From Candidatus Woesearchaeota archaeon (GTDB taxonomy: Archaea; Nanobdellota; Nanobdellia; Woesearchaeales; JABGUJ01): a DNA stretch of 64,000 nt. The stretch covers positions 317,534 through 381,533 of the forward strand of contig JABGUJ010000001.1 in NCBI GenBank assembly GCA_018646625.1. The letters are read 5' to 3'. Position 1 is the stretch's first letter, and every line of letters starts with the position of its first letter. Shown in pieces: positions 21,063 through 30,855 of this stretch. Both the position numbers and the translations under genes were made by a program. Under the pieces are notes generated by a model. That model saw only the letters and a program-made list of their open reading frames with translations, was not told the origin of the DNA and ran no database searches.

Positions 21063-22115
21063 ATGAAGATTTTCAAAAAAGATTTGAAACAAGGATTTGT
21101 AGAACTCCAGACAGAAACACCTGAAGATCTCTGGTACTTGAGCAACATAATAGATACTGGAGATTTAATTAGAGGTAAAACTATTAGAAAAATAAAAATT
21201 GGTGACGCGGATCAAAGAAATGTTAAAATTATCAAGAAACCTGTTTTTCTGAAAATCAATGTAGAACGAAGTGAGTTAACAGATAATATACTAAGATTGT
21301 CGGGCAAAGTAACAGAAGGAACAGACGACATTCCCGCAGGCTCATACCACACGTTTAATGTCGAAGACAGTACACACTTTTCAATCACAAAGAAAGAATG
21401 GTTAAAATATCAACTAGACAAATTAAAAGAAGCAACTGAAGAGAAAGGTTCTGAAATTTTGGTGTGTGTGTTCGATAGAGAAGAAGCAATATTCTCATTA
21501 CTAAAAAAATACGGTTACGAAGTTCTAACAGAAATCAAAGGAGATTCCGAAAGAAAAGTCGAAGGAGTACAGACGACCGGTAACTTCTATAAAGATATTG
21601 TTAAATTACTAACAGAGTACAAAAAAAGATATGAGATTAATCAAATTATTCTTGGAAGTCCCGGATTCTTCAAAGAAGATTTAATGAAACAAATCAATGA
21701 TGCAGATCTAAAAAAATCAATAATTCTAGCTACATGCAACAATACAGGCAAATCAGGAATGAATGAAGTTCTAAAACGTCCCGAAGTTAGAGAGGCGTTA
21801 AAGAAAGACAGAATGTCTCAGGAGATGAAAATAGTCGAACAACTTTTAGAAGAGATATCAAAAGACGGTCAAGCAGCATACGGTGAAAAGCAAGTTAAAG
21901 ATGCAGCAAACGCAGGAGCAATTAAAACATTAATAATCACAGATAATTTCATCAGAGATCAAAGAGAAAAAGAAAAAAGTAAAGACATTGAAAAACTAAT
22001 GAAGCTAACTGAAAAGACAAATGGCGATGTAAAAATCATCACATCAACCCATGATGGCGGGCAAAAAGTGGATGGTTTAGGAGGTATCGCCGCAATTCTA
22101 AGATACAAATTGTAA
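21063..22115 (+). CDS. pelA: mRNA surveillance protein pelota
   Basis: EDLWYL, GSYHTFNV, AAYG, GLGGIAAILRY. Confidence 0.95.
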   Translation: MKIFKKDLKQGFVELQTETPEDLWYLSNIIDTGDLIRGKTIRKIKIGDADQRNVKIIKKPVFLKINVERSELTDNILRLSGKVTEGTDDIPAGSYHTFNVEDSTHFSITKKEWLKYQLDKLKEATEEKGSEILVCVFDREEAIFSLLKKYGYEVLTEIKGDSERKVEGVQTTGNFYKDIVKLLTEYKKRYEINQIILGSPGFFKEDLMKQINDADLKKSIILATCNNTGKSGMNEVLKRPEVREALKKDRMSQEMKIVEQLLEEISKDGQAAYGEKQVKDAANAGAIKTLIITDNFIRDQREKEKSKDIEKLMKLTEKTNGDVKIITSTHDGGQKVDGLGGIAAILRYKL

Positions 22116-22324
22116 CCTTTCAAGCCTCAAAGCCATAAATTTCTAAAAGTTCCGCTGTTTCCTGTAAGAGGGTATATGGCCAAAAAGCCTACGGTTAATA
22201 GGGTCTTTAAAAACCAAAAATTCTGCAGTTTGGTAGTTCTGGAAGGGGGTGAAAAAGCGTAACATATTAATAGTAGTAGCACTTTTTTAGTCATTAGACA
22301 ATAAAAAACGGGGGTTGATTAATT

Positions 22325-23149
22325 ATGATTGTCAAAGACGAATTTCTCAGCAAGCTGAGGCGCTATTTTGCACTTAACTTGTACGAAGTAAAAATTTGGA
22401 CTGCTTTGCTATCTAGAGGGGTATCTACAGCAGGAGAGTTAAGTGACATTGCAAATGTCCCAAGATCAAGAAGTTATGATGTTCTTGAAAGCCTAGAGAA
22501 AAAAGGTTTTGCAGTTACCAAAATTGGTAAACCAATAAAGTATATCGCAGTTCCACCTTCAGAAGTTATTGAAAGAGTAAAGAAAAACATGAAGGCAGAA
22601 GCAGATGATAAAGTCAGCAGACTTGATCAATTAAGCAACAGCGATGTAATAACTGAATTAAACACACTACATACGCAAGGAATTGAACTTGTTGAGCCAA
22701 GCGATCTATCCGGATCACTAAAAGGCAGACACAACTTATACAATCACCTTGAATTAACAATTCGAAATGCAGAAGAAAGCGTCATTATAATGACGACGAC
22801 CCAAGGCCTTATGAGAAAGATCGAAGGTATGCTCCCAACATTCGAAAAGCTAAAGAAAAGAGGAGTTAGTACCAGAATTTGTGCTCCGATCACAAAAGAG
22901 TGTACTAATGTAATCAAAGAGCTAGGAGATATTGCTGAAGTTAGGCACACGCCATCCAAAGCAAGATTTTGTGTTGTTGATGGTAAAGAAGTTATCTTTA
23001 TGTTGCTAAATGACAGCGAAGTACATCCAACATACGATGTTGGTATATGGGTAAACACACCTTTCTTCGCATCTGCACTTAAAGAATTATTCGACTTGGC
23101 TTGGAAGGGATTAAAACCTCACAAACAAGTTGCAGTGGCTAAACATTAA
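22325..23149 (+). CDS. TrmB-family (TrmBL2-like) DNA-binding protein
   Basis: LNLYEVKIWTALL, ANVPRSRSYDVLESLEKKG HTH. Confidence 0.9.
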   Translation: MIVKDEFLSKLRRYFALNLYEVKIWTALLSRGVSTAGELSDIANVPRSRSYDVLESLEKKGFAVTKIGKPIKYIAVPPSEVIERVKKNMKAEADDKVSRLDQLSNSDVITELNTLHTQGIELVEPSDLSGSLKGRHNLYNHLELTIRNAEESVIIMTTTQGLMRKIEGMLPTFEKLKKRGVSTRICAPITKECTNVIKELGDIAEVRHTPSKARFCVVDGKEVIFMLLNDSEVHPTYDVGIWVNTPFFASALKELFDLAWKGLKPHKQVAVAKH

Positions 23150-23232
23150 GCCACATTTTTTTCTATTTTTCTTTCACCTTATTTCCTAATTATCAATAGC
23201 TTTTTAAATTAAAACCTAATCACCAAAGCACG

Positions 23233-24768
23233 ATGGAAGAGAATAAAATAACATCTACTCTTCACCCGCTAGAACGGAAAATACTCCCTCTACTTTCTAA
23301 ATGTAAAACTTTGAAGGAATTAGTAGAGGCATCTAAATTAAAAGAAGTAGAAGTTATGCGAGCACTACAGTGGCTCTCTAATAAGAATATAGTTAAAATC
23401 CACATCAAACCTAAAGAAACGGTTGAACTTGATGAAAATGGCCTAGCTTATGTAAAAGCAGGTTTGCCTGAAAGAAGATTTCTAGAAGCGATTAAAACCA
23501 AAGCATTGCATTTGGATGCAATTGCAAAGAATGCAAAATTAGTGAGAGAAGAAGTTAATGCTTGTATAGGTTCTTTAAGAAAAAAAGCAGCAATAGAAAT
23601 AACTCCTGATAAAAAGATAAAACTCACAGAACCAGGTAAAAAAATACTATTAAAGGAATCACTTGAAGAAAAATTCTTGAAAAAACTGTCAAAGAAACCA
23701 ATCAACATCAAGGAACTCAATCCAGAAGAAAAGTTCGCACTTCAAAATTTTTTAAAACGTAAACAAATAATAAAACAAGTTCTTGAAAAACTTAGAGAAA
23801 CAGAACTAACTGATTTAGGTAAAAAAGTTATTAAGATAAAGATTAAAACTAGCAGTGACATTGAAAGAGTTACTCCCGAACTTCTAAAAACTGGAAAATG
23901 GAAGAATAAACAGTTTAGAAAGTACGACGTCAAAGCAGATGTTCCTGCACTAAACAGAGGAAAAAGGCACTTCGTTAATCAAGCCACAGACTATGCGAGA
24001 CAAATATGGGTAGAGCTCGGCTTTAAAGAAATGACTGGCCCAATATTAAACACATCATTCTGGAACTTCGATGCATTATTCACAGCACAAGACCACCCTG
24101 TACGAGAACTTCAAGATACATTCTACATTAAACATCCAGCAAAAGGTAAATTACCTCCAAAGAAACTAGTTGAAAATGTTAAAGCAACTCATGAACATGG
24201 TTGGAATTTGGGAAGCACTGGCTGGCAATATTCTTGGAATCCTGAAGACGCAAAAAAGAATGTTCTAAGAACTCACACTACTGTGCTATCCGCACAAACT
24301 CTTGCGGCATTAAAAACCGAAGATCTTCCTGCAAAATTTTTCGCAGTTGGAAAGTGTTTTAGAAACGAAACATTAGACTGGAGTCATCTATTTGAATTTA
24401 ATCAATTCGAAGGTATTGTCGTCGATCCAGACGCAAACTTTAAACACTTATTAGGATACTTGAAAAATTTCTTAACAAAAATAGGATTTCCTAAAGCAAG
24501 ATTTAGGCCTGCATATTTTCCTTATACTGAGATGTCAACAGAAATTGATGTATTCCACCCAGTACACAAAAAATGGTATGAATTAGGTGGCGCAGGAATA
24601 CTAAGACCAGAAGTTGTTGTTCCGTTGCTGGGAAAAGACATACCTGTATTAGCGTGGGGTCCTGGACTAGATAGACAAATGACTGAATTTTACAAAATTG
24701 ATGATCTAAGAGAACTTTACAAAAACGATCTAAAACAATTAAGAGAAATGAAGGAGTGGATGTTGTAA
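23233..24768 (+). CDS. pheS: Phenylalanyl-tRNA synthetase alpha subunit
   Basis: FWNFDALF..QDHPVRELQDTF, LRTHTT, FPYTE. Confidence 0.97.
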   Translation: MEENKITSTLHPLERKILPLLSKCKTLKELVEASKLKEVEVMRALQWLSNKNIVKIHIKPKETVELDENGLAYVKAGLPERRFLEAIKTKALHLDAIAKNAKLVREEVNACIGSLRKKAAIEITPDKKIKLTEPGKKILLKESLEEKFLKKLSKKPINIKELNPEEKFALQNFLKRKQIIKQVLEKLRETELTDLGKKVIKIKIKTSSDIERVTPELLKTGKWKNKQFRKYDVKADVPALNRGKRHFVNQATDYARQIWVELGFKEMTGPILNTSFWNFDALFTAQDHPVRELQDTFYIKHPAKGKLPPKKLVENVKATHEHGWNLGSTGWQYSWNPEDAKKNVLRTHTTVLSAQTLAALKTEDLPAKFFAVGKCFRNETLDWSHLFEFNQFEGIVVDPDANFKHLLGYLKNFLTKIGFPKARFRPAYFPYTEMSTEIDVFHPVHKKWYELGGAGILRPEVVVPLLGKDIPVLAWGPGLDRQMTEFYKIDDLRELYKNDLKQLREMKEWML

Positions 24769-24769
24769 A

Positions 24770-26416
24770 ATGCCAAGCATCGTATTAAACAAAAAAGTAT
24801 TTGAAGAACTAATTGGCAAGAAACTCCCTCTCGAAGAGCTGCAAGACAGAATTAGCATGCTTGGAACTGACTTAGACCGAGTCGAAGGTAATGAAATTCA
24901 TGTTGAAGTATTCCCTAACCGCCCGGACATGTTATCTGAGCAAGGATTCGCAAGAGCGTTCTCCGCATTCATTGGATCCAAAACAGGATTAAGAGAATAT
25001 AAGCTAAAAGATAGTAAAGAAAAAGTAATCATCGACAAATCAGTAATAGATGTGCGACCGTTCACTGCATGTGCGATTGTAAAGAACATTAACTTCAACG
25101 ACGAGAAGATAAGAGAAATAATTCAGATTCAAGAAAAACTCCACATCACATACTGCAGAAATAGAAAAAAAGCAGCCATTGGAGTCTATCCTATGGAAAA
25201 AATAAAATGTCCAATTACTTTCTTCGCAGAAGATCCTAAAAAAGTAAAGTTTCAACCTTTAGAGTGCGATAAAGAAATGACAGGTTTGCAAATATTAAGT
25301 CAGCACCCTACCGGAAGAGATTATGCGCATTTACTAGAAGAACAAAAGAAATTCCCGTTCTTTAAAGATGCTAACGGACAAATACTTTCTATGCCTCCTG
25401 TAATCAACTCACACGTTACTGGTAAAATCACAGAGAAAACAAAGGAAGTATTCATCGAGTGCAGCGGATTTGATTTCAATACTCAATTGGTATGTTTAAA
25501 CATCATTGTAACCGCGCTTGCAGACATGGGTGGAGAAATCTGCTCAATGGAACTAGAATATCCTGATACTAAAAAAGTAACACCAGACCTTAGTCCAAGA
25601 AAAATTAAATTCGACTTAGATTATTGTAATAAACTTCTAGGATTAGATCTAAGAATGCATGAAGCTGCTAAACTATTTGAAAGAATGGGATTAAGCTTGG
25701 AAAAAGACGACGTTCTCATCCCTAGATACAGAGCAGATATTCTACATCAAATGGATTTAGTAGAAGACGTCGCCATAGCATATGGCTATGAAAACTTCGA
25801 ACATCAAATTCCTAAAGTTGCCACAATTGGAGAAATCGCACCAATTGAACAATTCAAAAGTAAGATCTCAAGGATTTTGGTCGGACTTGGAATGTTAGAA
25901 ACAAACACATATCATCTGATTAGCAAAGACGCACACAACGTCAGAATGAATAATGAAATGGATGTTATAGAGCTTGAGAATCCTGTTAACGTCGAGTACG
26001 ATATACTAAGAGGCTGGATGATTCCTAGTATGTTAGGCGTACTAAAAGACAATAAACATAACGAATATCCTCAGAACATATTCGAAATCGGTACAATCTT
26101 TAAGCACAGCACTAAAACAGAAACACTAGTTGAAGAAAATGAACGGCTGGGTGTATGTTTATGTAGTAAAAATGTCACATTCACAAAAATAAAGCAAGTA
26201 TTTGATTGTTTAATGAACGCCATTAATCTAGAATACGAAATAAAAGAAGTAGAGCACGGATCATTCATATCAGGTAGGACTGCAAGAGTAAGTGTCAAAG
26301 GCAAAGACGTAGCGTACATCGGAGAAATACACCCTCAAGTTCTTGAAAACTGGGATTTAGATGTACCTTGTGCAGCTTTTGAATTAAACGTAACAGAAAT
26401 CTTTAAATTTTTTTAA
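24770..26416 (+). CDS. pheT: Phenylalanyl-tRNA synthetase beta subunit
   Basis: NRPDMLS, QEKLH, RADILHQMDLVEDVAIAYGY, GEIHP. Confidence 0.97.
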   Translation: MPSIVLNKKVFEELIGKKLPLEELQDRISMLGTDLDRVEGNEIHVEVFPNRPDMLSEQGFARAFSAFIGSKTGLREYKLKDSKEKVIIDKSVIDVRPFTACAIVKNINFNDEKIREIIQIQEKLHITYCRNRKKAAIGVYPMEKIKCPITFFAEDPKKVKFQPLECDKEMTGLQILSQHPTGRDYAHLLEEQKKFPFFKDANGQILSMPPVINSHVTGKITEKTKEVFIECSGFDFNTQLVCLNIIVTALADMGGEICSMELEYPDTKKVTPDLSPRKIKFDLDYCNKLLGLDLRMHEAAKLFERMGLSLEKDDVLIPRYRADILHQMDLVEDVAIAYGYENFEHQIPKVATIGEIAPIEQFKSKISRILVGLGMLETNTYHLISKDAHNVRMNNEMDVIELENPVNVEYDILRGWMIPSMLGVLKDNKHNEYPQNIFEIGTIFKHSTKTETLVEENERLGVCLCSKNVTFTKIKQVFDCLMNAINLEYEIKEVEHGSFISGRTARVSVKGKDVAYIGEIHPQVLENWDLDVPCAAFELNVTEIFKFF

Positions 26417-26420
26417 ATAA

Positions 26421-26966
26421 TCATTTCTTCAAATATTCATTAGCTTTCAAAATCAGAACACAACTAGGGGAGTGAGTTATCTCACCAGTCATGACCATAT
26501 TCATAGCTTCTTCGAACTTCATCTTAACCATTTCAATCTGCTCAGTACCTTCTAAATTAGATTCAGAGAACGTCAGATCTTTTGCCAAAAACAAAGTTGC
26601 AGGGGAATTAATCATACTAGTAAAAGGATCAACTAATCCCAAATCAATAAACTCTTTTGCTTCTATACCTAGTTCCTCTTTTAATTCTCTTTTGGCAGTA
26701 TCTTCAGGCACATCCTCTCCTTCCATGCCCCCGCTAGCGGCTTCTATACTATAGCGATTAACAGCATAACGAAATTCCTTAACTAAATAAACAAATCCCT
26801 CTTCATCTATGGGCAATACAGAAATTCCCGAAAGCATCTTGATTGTTCCATAAATACCTGGATTACCGTCTGGACGCACAACTTTATCCTCTACTACTTT
26901 AATCCAAGGATTTTCATACTTAACGGAACTACTTTCGATAGTCCAATCTCCTCGTTTAGATGTCAT
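26421..26966 (-). CDS. NUDIX hydrolase (ADP-ribose pyrophosphatase-like)
   Basis: Nudix box G..E...AKRELKEELG. Confidence 0.9.
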   Translation of the reverse strand: MTSKRGDWTIESSSVKYENPWIKVVEDKVVRPDGNPGIYGTIKMLSGISVLPIDEEGFVYLVKEFRYAVNRYSIEAASGGMEGEDVPEDTAKRELKEELGIEAKEFIDLGLVDPFTSMINSPATLFLAKDLTFSESNLEGTEQIEMVKMKFEEAMNMVMTGEITHSPSCVLILKANEYLKK

Positions 26967-27027
26967 AAAAGATAGAATAAATCAAAGATATATAAAATAA
27001 ATTAAAAAATAAAATGAGAAAAAGCAA

Positions 27028-27249
27028 TTATTGCTCTTTCTTTTCTGCAAGTTGTTTTTCTCTTGCTTCTTTGAAATCTTTATGCAAAAATACAATTTGA
27101 TTAGCAGCTTCCTTACCCATTCTAAGAACTTTGTGAGGTTGCTTCTTTAAATCTTGAAGTCTTAAGACAAGCTCATCAATTGCATCGTCTGAAAGAACAA
27201 TCTGCATAAGTTTTGGTTTTGCTTCGTTTTCTTTATTTTCTTCTACCAT
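27028..27249 (-). CDS. Small hypothetical protein
   Basis: SD GGTGGTG upstream; follows L14e in the same orientation. Confidence 0.65.
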   Translation of the reverse strand: MVEENKENEAKPKLMQIVLSDDAIDELVLRLQDLKKQPHKVLRMGKEAANQIVFLHKDFKEAREKQLAEKKEQ

Positions 27250-27264
27250 TTTTGCACCACCTAA

Positions 27265-27690
27265 TTAGGATTTTTTAACATCTTCCTTCTTTTCTTCTAA
27301 AGGAACTTTTTCTTCAACCTTTGGTTCAGCTTTTGGAACTTCTACCTTAGGTTCTTCCTTTTTTTCAGTCTTTGCCGCTTTCTTAGGTTTCTCTTCTTCT
27401 TTTTCTTTAACCTTTCTCTGCTTAGTAGGCTTAGACAATACTTTCTTAGCTTTTTTATTCCAAACAGGCAAACCAAGTTTTTTGAACTCAGCTTCAACTT
27501 CTTCGTGTGTTGCCCCTTTCTTTATGTCCAGAACTTCACCTGTAGGATCTAAATGTTTAGCATTTATTTTTTTTCGTCTAACATCTCCATCAATTAGAAC
27601 AAAAACATCATCTATTACATCTACTACTACACATTTTCTTCCAGAATCTCTGCCTGCTATTTTAACAGCAACTCTTCCAACTTCAAACAT
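27265..27690 (-). CDS. rpl14e: 50S ribosomal protein L14e with charged C-terminal extension
   Basis: EVGRVAVKIAGRDSGRKCVVVD...VRRKKINAKHL; SD GGAGG before ATG 27690. Confidence 0.95.
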   Translation of the reverse strand: MFEVGRVAVKIAGRDSGRKCVVVDVIDDVFVLIDGDVRRKKINAKHLDPTGEVLDIKKGATHEEVEAEFKKLGLPVWNKKAKKVLSKPTKQRKVKEKEEEKPKKAAKTEKKEEPKVEVPKAEPKVEEKVPLEEKKEDVKKS

Positions 27691-27793
27691 AGTGTATACC
27701 TCCAATAAATAACACAGAATAAGACTCTTCCATAATCCCCCTACACCTGAATTAGGCCTCTTGTTACCAAAGAGGATTCAACGGAGTAAAGAA

Positions 27794-28063
27794 TTATTCT
27801 GATCTTGCTATTGCAACAATTATTTTTCTTGAGCATGCTGAACACAGCTTGCCACCGAAAGGTCTCTCAGGTCTTCTTCCAGATTTAGGAATCTTGCTCA
27901 ACTTAGCAGGTGTTTCTCTTGGAACTCCTTTCAAAACAGCTCCGCAAGTACCACAAACAGCTTTAGATGGCTTCCTAGCTCTATAATGTAAAACAGATTT
28001 ACTACTAGGAGTCCTCACGTAAACCCTTCTTTGGGACCTTGACTTTCTTTTACCTTCTGGCAT
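27794..28063 (-). CDS. rpl34e: 50S ribosomal protein L34e
   Basis: VRTPS, CGTCG..LKGVP, RPERPFGGKLCSAC. Confidence 0.95.
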   Translation of the reverse strand: MPEGKRKSRSQRRVYVRTPSSKSVLHYRARKPSKAVCGTCGAVLKGVPRETPAKLSKIPKSGRRPERPFGGKLCSACSRKIIVAIARSE

Positions 28064-28211
28064 GAACCCTCGAAAAAAACAAGGCACTTATAAAGCTTTC
28101 CAAGCCAAAACAAAAGGTTTATAAATTGCATTTTTCAGAAAAACGATAGATTGATTTAAAAAGGCGCCAGAAAGCCTATATTGCACAAAATCACATTCAG
28201 AGGGAGACTAA

Positions 28212-28895
28212 GTGAAGATATCTAACCAAGTAATTGAAGACGTTGTGAGAGAAGTCTCGGGAGATAATGTAATTCCTTTGGTAAAACTTCTAAAAAACAA
28301 GACCAATGTTTCAGAGTTCGTTTTAGCAGAAAAACTTGAAATCGAAATAAACTCAGTAAGAAACATGCTTTACAGATTATATCAAGCAAACTTAGTTTCA
28401 TTCATTCGAAGAAAAGACAAAAAGAAAGGCTGGTACATATATTACTGGACATTTAATGCTAAACGAATCAAATATCTTCTTATTGACATTTACAAAAAGA
28501 GAGTTGAAAGACTAACTGATAAATTAAAACTTGAAGAAGGTCATCAATTTTTTATTTGCCCTAACAAGTGTGTCAGAATGGAGTTCGAGAACGCAACAGA
28601 TTTTGAATTCAAGTGTCCTGAGTGCGGAGAGTTAATGTTGTTACATGACAATTCTGATAAGATAACTGAATTGAAAAAAGATATCATAGAACACGAAGCT
28701 AAACTAAAAAACGCACTACCTAAAGAGAAAAAGGTTATAGTAAAAAAAGAAAAAGTTGAACCTAAAAAGAAGGTAGTGAAAAAGAAAGTTGTTAAGAAAA
28801 AAGTAGTGAAAAAGAAAGTTGTTAAAAAAAAGGTAGTTAAGAAAAAAGTAGTGAAAAAGAAAGTTGTTAAAAAGAAGAAAACAGCTAAAAAATAA
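28212..28895 (+). CDS. tfe: Transcription factor E (TFIIE alpha) with Lys-rich tail
   Basis: wHTH VRNMLYRLY..GWYIYYW; zinc ribbon CPNKC...FKCPECG. Confidence 0.93.
   Translation: MKISNQVIEDVVREVSGDNVIPLVKLLKNKTNVSEFVLAEKLEIEINSVRNMLYRLYQANLVSFIRRKDKKKGWYIYYWTFNAKRIKYLLIDIYKKRVERLTDKLKLEEGHQFFICPNKCVRMEFENATDFEFKCPECGELMLLHDNSDKITELKKDIIEHEAKLKNALPKEKKVIVKKEKVEPKKKVVKKKVVKKKVVKKKVVKKKVVKKKVVKKKVVKKKKTAKK
28764..28868 (+). repeat. Seven tandem 15-bp units encoding (KKKVV)7
   Basis: AARAARAARGTWGTK units read directly. Confidence 0.9.
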
Positions 28896-28897
28896 TT

Positions 28898-29803
28898 CTA
28901 ATTAAACATCCAAGGATATGCTCTTCTTAATTCTTCAATAAACACAGACGATTTATAGATGCCTAGTTCAGAGATTATTCCGGTGATTAAAACAGAATCC
29001 ACCGACTCAAACGCATAATTATTAATTCCGATTCCTTTGGATGGTTTATCCCATACTTCTTTCCTATGCCTCATTTCGATTTTCTCATCAAAACCAAACA
29101 ACGTCTTGGGATCAAATTTCCATGAGTTGGTACAACAATAAAAAGGAACATCAAAATTAGTACAAATCTGTGCAGCCAACTCGGAACCAATTTTATTGAT
29201 AACTTTACCTTCCGTAGAAACCGCATCAGCACCAATCAAAGCAAGATCTGCTTTACGCAATGCAAGCCGCATAGCACTATCAACATACAAAGTCACAGGA
29301 ATCCCTGCTGCGGCCAACTCAGTTGCAGTTTTTCTACCCTGAAACAACGGTCGCGTCTCCGTATTATGAACTTCAAATCTTTTACCTTGCCTTTTTGCTT
29401 CTAATAAAATCTTAACAACAGTTGAAGAATGACAATGTGTATAGATTACCATTCCGTTCTTAATCTTATTCGCTCCAAATTCAATTATTTTCTTATTCGA
29501 ATCAGCGAAATCCTTTAGAACTCCATTAACTCTTTCAATCAACGTTCTGACAATATCAGATTCCTTATGTTTAGGTAAGTGAGCAAAGATATATTCCAAC
29601 GCATTCCTCATACAAGGTTCTGTAGGCCGCGTAGCAAACAATTCATCCTTTGCAGCATGCAACTCTTTCAACAAATCTTTAGAAGTTTTAGCTTTCGATT
29701 CATCAACAACACAAACTAAAGACTTAACTGCCTCTTTAGCCACATTCTCTGCCCCTTGAATCTTGAGAGAGATAATATCATTAACTATTTGTTTATAACC
29801 CAT
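28898..29803 (-). CDS. Ribose-1,5-bisphosphate isomerase / eIF-2B family protein
   Basis: IQGA, TRPTEP, THCHS, ETRPLFQG, GAD, NKIG. Confidence 0.88.
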   Translation of the reverse strand: MGYKQIVNDIISLKIQGAENVAKEAVKSLVCVVDESKAKTSKDLLKELHAAKDELFATRPTEPCMRNALEYIFAHLPKHKESDIVRTLIERVNGVLKDFADSNKKIIEFGANKIKNGMVIYTHCHSSTVVKILLEAKRQGKRFEVHNTETRPLFQGRKTATELAAAGIPVTLYVDSAMRLALRKADLALIGADAVSTEGKVINKIGSELAAQICTNFDVPFYCCTNSWKFDPKTLFGFDEKIEMRHRKEVWDKPSKGIGINNYAFESVDSVLITGIISELGIYKSSVFIEELRRAYPWMFN

Positions 29804-29842
29804 AATAAAAACACTCCGAAAGAGCTATTTAAATATTTATCA

Positions 29843-30490
29843 CTACTTCTTAATCTTCAAATAATCCAACTCAGGTTTAAAGACATATGCGAGATGTTCA
29901 TCAAAATATCCACAACGAAAATGTTCTAAGGGAATTCCTGTTCGCTTACTAAGCATCAATGCATAAAAGTAAATTTGCGTGGTCGCATATTTTTCCTTGT
30001 GTGCTTTAGGTTTAAAGTCCCAAATCCATATATCTCCGTTCTCTACACAGAGTGCATCTATATGTCCACTTAATGGACCAACATCTTCAAAAAAATCTCC
30101 AAATTTACATCCAGACATTGCTTCTAATTCTTCAGGCATTATCCAAATAGGTACTTCAACTGCCAAAGTATTATCATCCATCTCCAACATAGTAACTTGA
30201 ACATTAGAATGCGCTGTTTTGTACCTACCAACATCTAATCCAATCTGTGCCATCGCAGAAATTTCATGCCCTTTGATAACTTTAATATCGTCTTCAGGTA
30301 TATCTAAATTAAACCGTAAGGCGGATGATCTTGGGCCTGTAGTGAAATGAACGTCGGGACAATCTCGAAACATCTCATCCAAAAATAACCTTAAAGAATT
30401 ATAATTCTCAATACAAAGATTATCAATCTTTTGCGAATGCAGACGATAATGATAGAACCAACCGTGTTTAAAAGAAGTATGCCTAATCAT
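29843..30490 (-). CDS. PD-(D/E)XK nuclease-domain protein
   Basis: EVPIW, GHIDAL..IWIWDFKP, Q...YA. Confidence 0.75.
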   Translation of the reverse strand: MIRHTSFKHGWFYHYRLHSQKIDNLCIENYNSLRLFLDEMFRDCPDVHFTTGPRSSALRFNLDIPEDDIKVIKGHEISAMAQIGLDVGRYKTAHSNVQVTMLEMDDNTLAVEVPIWIMPEELEAMSGCKFGDFFEDVGPLSGHIDALCVENGDIWIWDFKPKAHKEKYATTQIYFYALMLSKRTGIPLEHFRCGYFDEHLAYVFKPELDYLKIKK

Positions 30491-30523
30491 ATAAAGAAAA
30501 TAGAAAAAAGAAGGTATATAAAA

Positions 30524-30757
30524 TTACCTTTTCTTCCTTTTGCTTCGAAGCATGGACTCAATTTTTCGTTCTTCTTTTTCAATGAGTTCTTCTTCTTTTG
30601 CAATTCTCAAAGTAATTCGTTCGATGTTTTCATCCATCCTTGAAATTCTTCTTTCAAGCAATACCAGAATTCTTAAACTGTATACAATCGCTGCCAATGT
30701 ACCAACGATAACCGCTAATGTTATTCCTTCAAGACCGAGACCAGCCATGACATTCAC
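30524..30757 (-). CDS. Small membrane protein with coiled-coil tail
   Basis: One TM helix followed by a charged helix; SD GAGGTG. Confidence 0.7.
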   Translation of the reverse strand: MNVMAGLGLEGITLAVIVGTLAAIVYSLRILVLLERRISRMDENIERITLRIAKEEELIEKEERKIESMLRSKRKKR

Positions 30758-30855
30758 CTCTTTGATTCATTCTAGATTATAAACATCTAGTATACCAACT
30801 TTCAGGTTTCTCTTATATAAAAAGCTTACCTTTTAATAATACAGAAATTAAGGAG

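Noticed and set aside
22140..22255. TTTCCTGTAAGAGGG and GGAAGGGGGT upstream of the first trmB-like gene as possible ORBs
   Set aside because: They lack the TCCA-N3-GAAA core with correct spacing to the G-string
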